Shown: one piece after another, positions 19,174-28,309 of the stretch | How the letters are laid out: each line of letters starts with the position of its first letter | Position numbering within the stretch: position 1 is the stretch's first letter | From: a virus | Reading direction: 5' to 3' (one strand) | Virus record (IMG/VR): IMGVR_UViG_3300025874_000005 | Coordinates: 1 to 64,000 of that record | Length of the DNA stretch: 64,000 bases | Position numbers and translations under genes: made by a program | Notes under the pieces: generated by a model | What the model was told of the DNA's origin: nothing | The model's input: only the letters and a program-made list of their open reading frames with translations | Databases searched by the model: none

Positions 19174-20046
19174 ATGACACAATTGGAATTAAATTTTAAG
19201 GACTCACGACGTCCGAAACACGCAGTAGTATCACTTTCAGGTGGTATGGATTCAAGTACATTATTGCTTAAATGTCTTGATAAATTTGAAACAGTAACAG
19301 CTTTATCCTTTGACTATGGTCAAAAACATAAGGTTGAACTAAAAAGAGCAAGAGCATTAGTTGATTATTTAAATAGACAATGTACTGACAATAATTGTTA
19401 TGGTGGTTGTAGAATTAAATATCAGGTTATTAAATTAGATGGATTAGTTGATTTACTAGATTCAGCATTAGTTGAAGGTGGTGAAGAAGTACCAGAAGGG
19501 CATTACGCAGCTGAAAATATGAAAGCTACTGTAGTACCTAATAGAAATAAAATATTTGCTTCTATAACTCAGGCAGTTGCTTTATCAGTAGCAAATAGAA
19601 CAGAAGAAGGAACATCAATTGCTTTAGGAATTCATGCCGGGGATCATGATATTTACCCTGATTGTAGACAAGAATTTAGAGATGCTGATGATCATGCTTT
19701 TAGAGAAGGTAATTGGGATGCTGAAAGAGTAGGTTATTATACTCCTTATCTTAAAGGTGATAAATTTACTATTCTTCAAGATGGAGAAGTATTATGTGAA
19801 AAATTAGGTATTGATTTTGATGAAGTTTATGCTAGAACAAACACTTCATATAAACCAACACCTGAAGGGTGGTCTGATTACAAATCAGCATCATCTGTAG
19901 AACGTATTGAAGCGTTCATTAAATTAGGAAGACCTGATCCAGTACAATATGCCGATGAAACAGGTCCTGTTGATTATGAAACGGCAAGAATATATGTTGA
20001 ACAAGTTCTTTCAGAATACGAAAAAGAACAATTAAAAATTAAATAA
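19174..20046 (+). CDS. queC: 7-cyano-7-deazaguanine synthase
   Basis: SLSGGMDS PP-loop, FDYGQKH, VPNRN, YPDCR. Confidence 0.93.
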   Translation: MTQLELNFKDSRRPKHAVVSLSGGMDSSTLLLKCLDKFETVTALSFDYGQKHKVELKRARALVDYLNRQCTDNNCYGGCRIKYQVIKLDGLVDLLDSALVEGGEEVPEGHYAAENMKATVVPNRNKIFASITQAVALSVANRTEEGTSIALGIHAGDHDIYPDCRQEFRDADDHAFREGNWDAERVGYYTPYLKGDKFTILQDGEVLCEKLGIDFDEVYARTNTSYKPTPEGWSDYKSASSVERIEAFIKLGRPDPVQYADETGPVDYETARIYVEQVLSEYEKEQLKIK

Positions 20047-20047
20047 A

Positions 20048-20269
20048 ATGGAAAATAAAGAATTAAATAAAGAAGTAGATAAAATAGTTAACCAATTAGC
20101 AGGTGCTAATATAAAAGAATTACCTGATGCTTACATGCACCAAAAAATCAGTTTTATTAAATCTGGTGTAAGAATTTTAGGTTATTGTTTTATCCCATTT
20201 AGCTTGGGTTGGGCAACTGCTTTTCTTATATTGAGTGAAGTAATAGGTATAATCGAAGAATTAGTATAA
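20048..20269 (+). CDS. small membrane protein
   Basis: C-terminal hydrophobic segments. Confidence 0.65.
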   Translation: MENKELNKEVDKIVNQLAGANIKELPDAYMHQKISFIKSGVRILGYCFIPFSLGWATAFLILSEVIGIIEELV

Positions 20270-20285
20270 ATTAAATAAATAAAAA

Positions 20286-20543
20286 ATGAATAGAGGAATT
20301 TTGTATTTCAGCGCACCATGGTGCGGACCTTGTAAAGTAATGTCTCCTTTGATGGAACAAATGGAAAAACAAGGAAAAATTAAGATGAAAAAAATTAATG
20401 TTGATTATGATGCTTCAATGCCTCAAAAATATAACATTAAAAGTGTACCTACTATGGTCTTAACAGATTTAGATGGTAATGAAATTAAAAGAACAACAGG
20501 AAATATGTCTGAGGTTCAAATAATGGAGTTTTACAATGGGTAA
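20286..20543 (+). CDS. trxA: thioredoxin
   Basis: WCGPC, SVPT. Confidence 0.92.
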   Translation: MNRGILYFSAPWCGPCKVMSPLMEQMEKQGKIKMKKINVDYDASMPQKYNIKSVPTMVLTDLDGNEIKRTTGNMSEVQIMEFYNG

Positions 20544-21000
20544 ATTTTCATCAAGTAAAGTATTTGACGGGTTTAGTACAGTGTTTCGTCAATGGAAAGC
20601 TGAAGATACACATTGTAGATTTTTACATGGATATGGTATTAGTTTCAAAGTATATTTTGAAGGTGATTTAGATGATAGAAACTGGGTTTGGGATTTTGGT
20701 GGTATGAAGCGTGCTAAAACCCAAATTGAGGGTAAATCACCTAAGGAATGGATGGATTATATGTTTGACCATACTGTTATCATTGCAGAAGATGACCCAG
20801 GTATGAAAGGTTGGGAAACTATGAATCAACTAGGAGTAATTCAATTAAGAGTAATTGAAGCTACAGGTGCAGAAAAATTTGCAGAATATATTTATAATAA
20901 GCTCAATGATTTTGTATTTGAAGAAACAGATAATAGAGTTAGAGTAACAAAAGTTAAATTTATGGAGCATGGAAAAAATGCTGCATATTATAGTGAATAA
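20536..21000 (+). CDS. queD: 6-carboxy-5,6,7,8-tetrahydropterin synthase
   Basis: HCRFLHGY, DFG, FDH, AE. Confidence 0.9.
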   Translation: MGKFSSSKVFDGFSTVFRQWKAEDTHCRFLHGYGISFKVYFEGDLDDRNWVWDFGGMKRAKTQIEGKSPKEWMDYMFDHTVIIAEDDPGMKGWETMNQLGVIQLRVIEATGAEKFAEYIYNKLNDFVFEETDNRVRVTKVKFMEHGKNAAYYSE

Positions 21001-21021
21001 AAAACCACTTAAAAAAATTGT

Positions 21022-21798
21022 ATGTTAAAAAGAATAGAAGATTATAATAAAAATCTACCTGTTGTAGAAATTTATACAGCAGTTCAGTCAGAAGGATCAA
21101 GAGCAGGTTACCCAACAGTAGTTATTAGAACAACAGGTTGTACTCATCGATGTTATTTTGGAGAAGGTGGTTGGTGTGACTCTTGGTATACTAGTATTCA
21201 TCCTGAAAAAGGACATTTTAATTTCAAAGACATTATTGAAATGTATGAGAAAAATCCTCATATAAAAGAAATGATGTTAACTGGAGGCTCACCTACTATG
21301 CATCCTGCTTTGGTAAATGAATTAACACATTTTGCACATGAAAATGATATTTTTATTACTATCGAAACTGAGGGATCTCATTTCCTCCCCACAGACTATC
21401 CTATTAATTTATTATCTATTAGCCCTAAGTTTAGTAATTCTGTACCAGTTGTAGGTGTTTTAACTCCCCAAGGTAAAGAAACGGATGAAAAAATGATTAA
21501 AACTCATAATAGGCTTAGACTTAATTATGATGCAATGAAACAATCAATTGAATATCATTCTGATTATCATATCAAACCAGTATGGGACGGTAAGGATGAA
21601 GGAGCATTAGCTGAGATTATGGAATGTATTAAAACATTAGAAGTACCTCAACATAAAGTATGGTTTATGCCTGCTGGAGATTCAAGAGAAGCATTATTTA
21701 AGTCATACCCAGTATTATTTGATTGGGTTAGGGACAATGGTTATAGAATGACATGGAGACCTCACATTATTGCCTTTGAAGACAAAAGAGAAGTATAA
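21022..21798 (+). CDS. queE: 7-carboxy-7-deazaguanine synthase (radical SAM)
   Basis: QSEG, GCTHRC..WCDS, LTGG, IETEG, SISPK. Confidence 0.92.
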   Translation: MLKRIEDYNKNLPVVEIYTAVQSEGSRAGYPTVVIRTTGCTHRCYFGEGGWCDSWYTSIHPEKGHFNFKDIIEMYEKNPHIKEMMLTGGSPTMHPALVNELTHFAHENDIFITIETEGSHFLPTDYPINLLSISPKFSNSVPVVGVLTPQGKETDEKMIKTHNRLRLNYDAMKQSIEYHSDYHIKPVWDGKDEGALAEIMECIKTLEVPQHKVWFMPAGDSREALFKSYPVLFDWVRDNGYRMTWRPHIIAFEDKREV

Positions 21799-21932
21799 TG
21801 TCTAAAGAAGAAGCACTTGAAATACTGGAAGAAATATCAGAAAATGTTAGTGTTTGTTGTGCTATAACAATGGAACCAGATGAAGTTTTACTATTAATAG
21901 ATAAATTAAAGAAATACTTAGAAAATGTATAA
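21798..21932 (+). CDS. 44-aa hypothetical (not in track)
   Basis: MSKEEALEILEEISENVSVCC...; TAATG coupling. Confidence 0.55.
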   Translation: MSKEEALEILEEISENVSVCCAITMEPDEVLLLIDKLKKYLENV

Positions 21933-22263
21933 ATACAATGCAAAATTAGATAGAGTTGTTGATGGAGATACTGTTGATGCCCTTGTAGATTTAGGATTTA
22001 ATACTTGGAAAAAAGTAAGAATTAGAATGGTAGGGATGAATGCCCCAGAGTCAAGAACTAGAGATTTAGAAGAAAAAGCAAGAGGAATTGCTGCTAAAAT
22101 TAGATTAGAAGAATTACTAGAAAAAGGATCATTTATTTTAGAATCTCAAGGTGTAGGTAAATACGGTAGATGTTTAGGAATTATATTTGTTAATGAAGTA
22201 AATGTAAATAAACAATTAATAACTGAAGGACATGCTGTAGAGTATAATGGAGGGAAAAGATAA
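21925..22263 (+). CDS. thermonuclease (SNase-like)
   Basis: RVVDGDT, GMNAPE, GKYGR. Confidence 0.85.
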   Translation: MYKYNAKLDRVVDGDTVDALVDLGFNTWKKVRIRMVGMNAPESRTRDLEEKARGIAAKIRLEELLEKGSFILESQGVGKYGRCLGIIFVNEVNVNKQLITEGHAVEYNGGKR

Positions 22264-22264
22264 A

Positions 22265-22651
22265 ATGCATTATATAACCCAACACCCAATTAAAAAATCA
22301 GATTTAGGATTCCATGGAAATTTATTTGGAGGAAAATTACTAGCTTGGTTAGATGCAGCAGCTGCTTCTTATGCTTCTGAGTTTTGTGATACCCCACGAA
22401 TGGTAACTAAGAGTATAGATAAATGCATTTTTAATAAACCTGCTAAAGAAGGTCAGTTATTAAAAATATATGGTGATGTAAAAAAAATTGGAACTACTTC
22501 TTTAACATTATATATGGAAGCACGTTCACATAATGTTTATAATGGAAAGCAAAATGTTATTTTAGCAACAAATATTACATTTGTTAGAATAGATGAAATG
22601 GGAGATGCTATCCCAATATCAGATAGAGTTAAATCAAAATTAAAAATATGA
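22265..22651 (+). CDS. hotdog-fold acyl-CoA thioesterase
   Basis: HGNLFGGKLLAWLD, GTTS, TFVRID. Confidence 0.85.
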   Translation: MHYITQHPIKKSDLGFHGNLFGGKLLAWLDAAAASYASEFCDTPRMVTKSIDKCIFNKPAKEGQLLKIYGDVKKIGTTSLTLYMEARSHNVYNGKQNVILATNITFVRIDEMGDAIPISDRVKSKLKI

Positions 22652-23151
22652 ATCAATTAATTAGTGCTAAAGATATAGATATCCAAACAAAAATAGTTGC
22701 AAAACAAATATCAGATGAACATAAAGGTGATAAAACTCCTGTAGTAATGGTTGGGTTACTTAATGGTTGTTTTGCGTTTTATGCTGATTTAGTACGGGCT
22801 ATGCCAATTGATGTGGAATGTGATTTTATGCGCGTTAAATCGTATATAAATCGTAAACAAGGCGATATAGTTATTGCTAAAGACCTTGAGACTCCTATTA
22901 AAGGTAAGCATGTTTATATTGTAGATGACATTTATGACACTGGAAATACTATGAAAGTTGTTATTGATTATTTAAATGTTAAAAAACCAGCTTCTATTTC
23001 AATTGTAAGTTTAGTTACTAGAAAATCATCCCCAACACCTCCAGTTAAAATGTTTAATGCTTTTAAGATTGATAATGAGTGGTTAGTTGGATTTGGGATG
23101 GATAATGAAAAAGGTTATTTAAGAAATTTACCTGCTATTTATTCTCTATAA
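22648..23151 (+). CDS. hpt: hypoxanthine/guanine phosphoribosyltransferase
   Basis: GLLNG, KSY, IVDDIYDTGNT, VGFGMD, RNLP. Confidence 0.9.
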   Translation: MNQLISAKDIDIQTKIVAKQISDEHKGDKTPVVMVGLLNGCFAFYADLVRAMPIDVECDFMRVKSYINRKQGDIVIAKDLETPIKGKHVYIVDDIYDTGNTMKVVIDYLNVKKPASISIVSLVTRKSSPTPPVKMFNAFKIDNEWLVGFGMDNEKGYLRNLPAIYSL

Positions 23152-23159
23152 TATTTATA
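23151..23159 (+). promoter_or_regulatory. putative late promoter motif ATATTTATA
   Basis: Upstream of a virion-like gene. Confidence 0.5.
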
Positions 23160-23169
23160 ATAAAATACT

Positions 23170-24642
23170 ATGGGAAGACCTCTTAAACACGCTACATCAA
23201 AACCTGCAAGATCTATGAGGCAGGGGAATATTGCTGCTCGAGTAGGAAAAGGAAATATTGGCCCTACATCTGCAACAGGATATTATAATGCAATTGAACC
23301 TACAGAAATTGGTAAGTATGTAGTTTATAAAATGTTAGGAGCTTCCCAAGCACCTTTATCTTTTACTCCTCAAAATGATAATGAATTTTTAAGATTAGCT
23401 AATCAAGAAGGAGCAGGAGTTTCTGATGTCACATCAGCTTTAGAATGGTTTGCTACGCAAAATAATTTTACAGTAGCAGCAATAATTAATTCTACAGGAA
23501 GCTTGAACGTTGATCCTTTTTGTATTTTTGATGCATTAGGTAATAACCCATCACCTCAAGGCAAATGGTTTAATTCAGTTGCTCCTTTAGATAATATGAA
23601 TGTAGATAATAGAGAGCATGCTTTATCTGAAATTGTATGTATGGAAAATACTACTGCTTATTGGGGTGCCCCCTATACTGGTACTATTATTTATGAAATA
23701 AATGGAAGTAGTATTACTACAAAGGTATCAGCTACATCAGCCCCTTCTAATGGCTCATTTGCAGCTATTGCTGGTCGTCGCTATGTAGGTAATAAACCAA
23801 TATCAATTAAAGGTGTAAGTAATGGTCATGCTTTTTGTCCTATTTCTTATTATGGTAAAGAGTGGGGGTATTACTATTCTAGATATCAACCCCCAATAGT
23901 ATTTTTCTATTGTCTTAAAGATAATACATCTATACAAATTTTTGTAGCTAATTCCTCATCAAGTGGTGGTAGAACCGGAATGGCGAATACTACATTACTT
24001 ACAACTATTACTGGAAATGAAAATGATGTAGTAAATTATACATTTCCATCCTCACCAGATTATAGAAATTATTATATTACAATTAAATCAAATGAGCCTG
24101 TAGTAATGACTGCTAGAGGCACCTTAGGAGATAAATCAATTGGAGCTTTAGCAGGTGAGTATAATTATAGAAGAAGAAATGCATATGAAGCAACTGCTGA
24201 AAATACATCACCTTCTACTCAAGCTACTAATGTAGTTTATGATAATTCTTATAATTCTTGGGCATTATCTATTGCAGATGGTTCAGGTGGGGATAATGAA
24301 GTAAGTATGCCTTTAGATATGTTAACTAAAAATTATACTTTTGGAGAACGTTTAAATTCTTATTATATTGTAAGTCCTTATGCTAGTAATAATATTACAA
24401 TTTCTTCTTGGAATGGTGGTAGTTGGGAAATATTCTCAACTCACACAGTTAATGGAACAATAACTAGCCCTGCTTTTGCTGAAAGTGGATCACAAAGTGG
24501 TGGTGGGGGTAATTTTAATGGTAACAGATTATGGAAGTTTACAGGTGATGATCCCTTTTACATTGTTGTTAACGATAATGGTAGAGATGAAGAAATGTTA
24601 TTAGGATGGAATACCGGAGAAGTAGATACATTTTTTATGTAA
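23170..24642 (+). CDS. putative virion/adhesin-like beta-rich protein
   Basis: S/T/G/N/Y-rich 490 aa; late motif upstream. Confidence 0.5.
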   Translation: MGRPLKHATSKPARSMRQGNIAARVGKGNIGPTSATGYYNAIEPTEIGKYVVYKMLGASQAPLSFTPQNDNEFLRLANQEGAGVSDVTSALEWFATQNNFTVAAIINSTGSLNVDPFCIFDALGNNPSPQGKWFNSVAPLDNMNVDNREHALSEIVCMENTTAYWGAPYTGTIIYEINGSSITTKVSATSAPSNGSFAAIAGRRYVGNKPISIKGVSNGHAFCPISYYGKEWGYYYSRYQPPIVFFYCLKDNTSIQIFVANSSSSGGRTGMANTTLLTTITGNENDVVNYTFPSSPDYRNYYITIKSNEPVVMTARGTLGDKSIGALAGEYNYRRRNAYEATAENTSPSTQATNVVYDNSYNSWALSIADGSGGDNEVSMPLDMLTKNYTFGERLNSYYIVSPYASNNITISSWNGGSWEIFSTHTVNGTITSPAFAESGSQSGGGGNFNGNRLWKFTGDDPFYIVVNDNGRDEEMLLGWNTGEVDTFFM

Positions 24643-24656
24643 AAATTTATATTTAG

Positions 24657-24688
24657 TTTGGAGTTAACCAAACATATTCGTATATTAA
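24657..24688 (+). promoter_or_regulatory. sigma70-type promoter for folE
   Basis: TTGG 24658-61, N19, TATATT 24681-86. Confidence 0.7.
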
Positions 24689-24709
24689 ATCAAATAAAAA
24701 GTTATATTA

Positions 24710-25405
24710 ATGGAAAACAAACGAAGAAAAATTCACGAAGAATTAGAAGTAGTACAAACAGGTTTTGCAAATGGAGTTGCTGAAGGATTTCCCCTAGAAC
24801 AATCTGAAAAAGATAAAATGATTGATGAAGCAGAAGTAGCTTATGGTCAATTTTTAGATGCTTTAAAATGTGATTGGAGAAATGATCCAAACTCAATGGA
24901 AACCCCAAGACGTGTAGCTAAAGCATATGTAAATGATTTATGGGCAGGTAGATATACTGCAATGTCTCCTATTACATCATTTCCTTCTGATGGTTATGAT
25001 GGAATTATTATTGAAAGAAATATTCCTTTAACATCAATGTGTTCACACCACCACCAAACAATTGGGGGGGTAGTTCATATTGGTTACATAGCAGGAGAAG
25101 GTGGTCAAGTAATTGGTTTAAGTAAACTAAATAGAATCGTTGAGTTATTTGGTCGTAGAGGAGCTATCCAAGAACAATTAACATCAGCTATTCATAATGC
25201 AGTATGTAAAATTACTGAAGGTAATAAAGGTGTTATTGTTACTATTGTTGGTACTCATAATTGTGTGAGTTGTAGAGGTGTAAAACACCAAGGAGCAGCT
25301 ATGGTTACAACCAAAGCATCAGGAGTATTTAGAGATAATGATAATTTAGCAAGGAAAGAATTTTTTGACAGTCTGAAGATTAACAACGGAGGACATAATA
25401 TTTAA
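24710..25405 (+). CDS. folE: GTP cyclohydrolase I
   Basis: ETPRRV, SMCSHH, GLSKL.R, IQE, HNCVSCRG. Confidence 0.95.
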   Translation: MENKRRKIHEELEVVQTGFANGVAEGFPLEQSEKDKMIDEAEVAYGQFLDALKCDWRNDPNSMETPRRVAKAYVNDLWAGRYTAMSPITSFPSDGYDGIIIERNIPLTSMCSHHHQTIGGVVHIGYIAGEGGQVIGLSKLNRIVELFGRRGAIQEQLTSAIHNAVCKITEGNKGVIVTIVGTHNCVSCRGVKHQGAAMVTTKASGVFRDNDNLARKEFFDSLKINNGGHNI

Positions 25406-25418
25406 AATAATAATAGTT

Positions 25419-25916
25419 ATGAGTAAAAGTAATGTACCATTTGTAAATGAAGTAGAGGAATTTAATTCCACTATGGGTAAACCAAACAATTATGAACCTA
25501 CAATCCCTGAAAAAAAGGAGTGGCAATTTGTTTATGATTTCATCCTCGAAGAACTCGAGGAATATAAACATGCTTGTGAAACAGGAGATATTGTTGAGAT
25601 TCTTGATGCTTTATGTGATATTGCCTACGTTTCGTTGGGTAATGGAACTATGCTACATGGTCTTAAGGATAAGATATGGCCAGCATATCAAGAAGTACAA
25701 GGGTCGAATATGTCAAAGGCTTGCTCAAGCGAAGAGGATGCACAAGCGACCGTGGAGCTTAGATCAAAAGAGCAAGAGGAACCATGTCACTATGAGAAGG
25801 TTGGAAAATATTATATTGTCTATAGAACACGTGATAGAAAAGTGATGAAAAATATTAATTACTACCGCCCGGACCTTAAACAATTCTTTACTAAGGAAGA
25901 AATTAAAAATTCATAA
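25419..25916 (+). CDS. MazG-like/all-alpha NTP pyrophosphohydrolase
   Basis: EELEEY, DALCD, SNMSK, KVMK. Confidence 0.85.
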   Translation: MSKSNVPFVNEVEEFNSTMGKPNNYEPTIPEKKEWQFVYDFILEELEEYKHACETGDIVEILDALCDIAYVSLGNGTMLHGLKDKIWPAYQEVQGSNMSKACSSEEDAQATVELRSKEQEEPCHYEKVGKYYIVYRTRDRKVMKNINYYRPDLKQFFTKEEIKNS

Positions 25917-25933
25917 TTTTTATTAAATTGTGG

Positions 25934-25942
25934 ATATGTATA
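25934..25942 (+). promoter_or_regulatory. putative late promoter motif ATATGTATA
   Basis: Variant of the recurrent motif. Confidence 0.45.
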
Positions 25943-25989
25943 ATCGTATACAAATTTTCAATTATTAATTAATAAAAAACAAAAAAATT

Positions 25990-26544
25990 ATGGCATTTAA
26001 TCAACCAACGTCTAGCGCAAGAGCTACACAAAACTTCAATTACACCGCAGGAATAAACCCCTCTGATGTAGTAGGAGGAAGACTTAACGACATCGCTGCT
26101 TACTTAGGCGAAGTACAAAGAGCAAAATCATCAGCTACAATTACCATCCCATCCGGTATTGCAACAACTAATTTTGAATTAGCTAGTTTCATACCAGCAG
26201 GATCTTTAGTATCATCTTTAGGTATTTTCTTTACTGAAAATGTTGCTACGGCTGCAGGTACATTAGCAGTAGGATTTGGTAACGTCTCAGGAGATGTATC
26301 AATTGTAGCATCAACAGTATTAAATGGTCCAGGTGACAATTTTAATATTAACTCATTTACATCTACTTCAAGTAAACATAAAGTAGAACCTTCAGGTAAT
26401 GCAATTGAATTTGCTGCTGGGTCAGAATTATGGTTTGGTAATGCATCATCATTATGGTTCCAATCAATAGTAGCTACAGGTGCATTAGATACACCAGTTG
26501 ATGTTAAAATAGTAATGGAATATTTAGCAGTTTCAAACGTATAA
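25990..26544 (+). CDS. putative virion structural (decoration-like) protein
   Basis: A/S/T/G-rich beta protein; own late motif and terminator. Confidence 0.5.
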   Translation: MAFNQPTSSARATQNFNYTAGINPSDVVGGRLNDIAAYLGEVQRAKSSATITIPSGIATTNFELASFIPAGSLVSSLGIFFTENVATAAGTLAVGFGNVSGDVSIVASTVLNGPGDNFNINSFTSTSSKHKVEPSGNAIEFAAGSELWFGNASSLWFQSIVATGALDTPVDVKIVMEYLAVSNV

Positions 26545-26567
26545 TATAACATTTCTTTAAAATAATT

Positions 26568-26608
26568 AGGGCTTAACTTGGAGACGGGTTAAGCCCTCAT
26601 TATATTTA
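26568..26608 (+). promoter_or_regulatory. 13-bp GAGA-loop hairpin overlapping the polB promoter
   Basis: AGGGCTTAACTTG-GAGA-CGGGTTAAGCCCT; TTGG 26578-81, N19, TATATT 26601-06. Confidence 0.7.
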
Positions 26609-26626
26609 CGTCTAAATAGGTTATAG

Positions 26627-28309
26627 ATGTATAAAAAATGTTTTGCACAACGAAAAAAAGGAAATCAATTTTTGATTCACCTTTGGGAAGATACAGGTTA
26701 TAGTAAAGTTGAATGGACTAATCAAGCTTATGTCGAGTGTGATGATAATCAATCTACTCACACAGGTCTAAATGGAGAATCTTTAAAGAAAATAGCAAAT
26801 TGGAAGTCAGATAATTCTAAACTTCACTTCCATGATATGACCCCATACCAGAAATTTTTAGTAGAAAAATATGGGGTTAATGATGAACCTTCTACTACCC
26901 AAAAAGAATTTTTCTTTGATATTGAAACAGAAATGGGTGATGCTCTTACTGAAGATTATATCAAATCAGCTCCTAAAAAAGTAACATCAATTGCTTGGTA
27001 CGATAAACAAGTAGATGAATGGGTTATTTTAATTTTAGACCCAAAATCTAAATTAAAACGAACAAAGGCTAAAACAAAGGAAATTATACCTTGTGCTACT
27101 GAAGAAGAGTTATTACTTAAATTTTTAGAACGATTTAGAGAAATTGATCCTGATATTGTGGTAGGATGGAATAGTGATTATTTTGATATTCCATATTTGT
27201 ATTATAGAATGTGTAATGTATTAGGGCAAGATGTAGCACGTTATTTATCCCCAATAGGCTATGTTCGAGAAACCCCTTGGTTTAAGGATCAATATATCCA
27301 AATTGCAGGAGTTGAATCTTTAGATTATATGAGACTACATAAAAAGTTTAGTTGGAAAGATGAGCCATCTTTTAAATTAGATGTTATTGGTGAAAAATAT
27401 GCAGGTTTAAATAAAATTGAATATGATGGGAATTTAGATAAATTATTTGAAGATGATCCACTTAAATTTATTCAATATAACTTTCGAGATGTTGAAATAT
27501 TAAAAGTATTAGATGAAAAATTAGAATATTTATCATTAGTAAAAAACTTAGCTCATAAAGGTAAACATAATTATAGTGAAGTTTATGCTAATACAAAAAC
27601 TCAAGATGGAGCAATTTCAGCTTACTTACTAAGTAAAAAAATAGTTCCACCTGCTAAAGATCGTAATCCCCTATCTAAAAAGAATTATGCTGGTGGTTAT
27701 TTATTCTGTCCTAAGGCTGGTATTTACAATTATGTATTTGATGAGGATTTAACTTCACTATACCCTTCAATTATAATGACTATTAATATTGGTAAAGAAA
27801 CTATGGTTGGTAGGATTATAGATGCTGACGACAGAAATAATCGTTTAGGGTTAAATGATTTAAAACGTAGGGATCCTGAAGAAGAATTTATAGTAGAGAA
27901 TATTAAAAGAAGTAGAACAAAAGTTAATGTTGGTCGATTAATTTCTATGATAGAACAAAATGAACTATCAGTATCAGCTAATGGGGTATTATTTAACACA
28001 AATCGTGAATCAGTACTATCAACCATATTAAAGAAATGGTTTGATGAAAGGGTTTTATATAAAAACAAAATGAAAAAAGCATATAAAGCCGGGGATAAAG
28101 AGGCAGGTGCTGGTTTTCATATGAAACAATATACTATGAAGATTTTACTTAATTCATTATATGGCGCTACGGCTTTAGGGTCATTCCGTTATGGGAATGT
28201 TATATTATCTGAAGCTATAACGCTTAGTGGACAGCGAATTATACAGGAATCTGCACTAGCAGCTAATAGACATATGAATAAAGTAATGAAAAATGAAATA
28301 AAATTATGA
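26627..28309 (+). CDS. family B DNA polymerase, N-terminal subunit (exonuclease + motifs A, B)
   Basis: FDIET, GWNS..FD, YN.RD, DLTSLYPS, KILLNSLYG. Confidence 0.92.
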   Translation: MYKKCFAQRKKGNQFLIHLWEDTGYSKVEWTNQAYVECDDNQSTHTGLNGESLKKIANWKSDNSKLHFHDMTPYQKFLVEKYGVNDEPSTTQKEFFFDIETEMGDALTEDYIKSAPKKVTSIAWYDKQVDEWVILILDPKSKLKRTKAKTKEIIPCATEEELLLKFLERFREIDPDIVVGWNSDYFDIPYLYYRMCNVLGQDVARYLSPIGYVRETPWFKDQYIQIAGVESLDYMRLHKKFSWKDEPSFKLDVIGEKYAGLNKIEYDGNLDKLFEDDPLKFIQYNFRDVEILKVLDEKLEYLSLVKNLAHKGKHNYSEVYANTKTQDGAISAYLLSKKIVPPAKDRNPLSKKNYAGGYLFCPKAGIYNYVFDEDLTSLYPSIIMTINIGKETMVGRIIDADDRNNRLGLNDLKRRDPEEEFIVENIKRSRTKVNVGRLISMIEQNELSVSANGVLFNTNRESVLSTILKKWFDERVLYKNKMKKAYKAGDKEAGAGFHMKQYTMKILLNSLYGATALGSFRYGNVILSEAITLSGQRIIQESALAANRHMNKVMKNEIKL

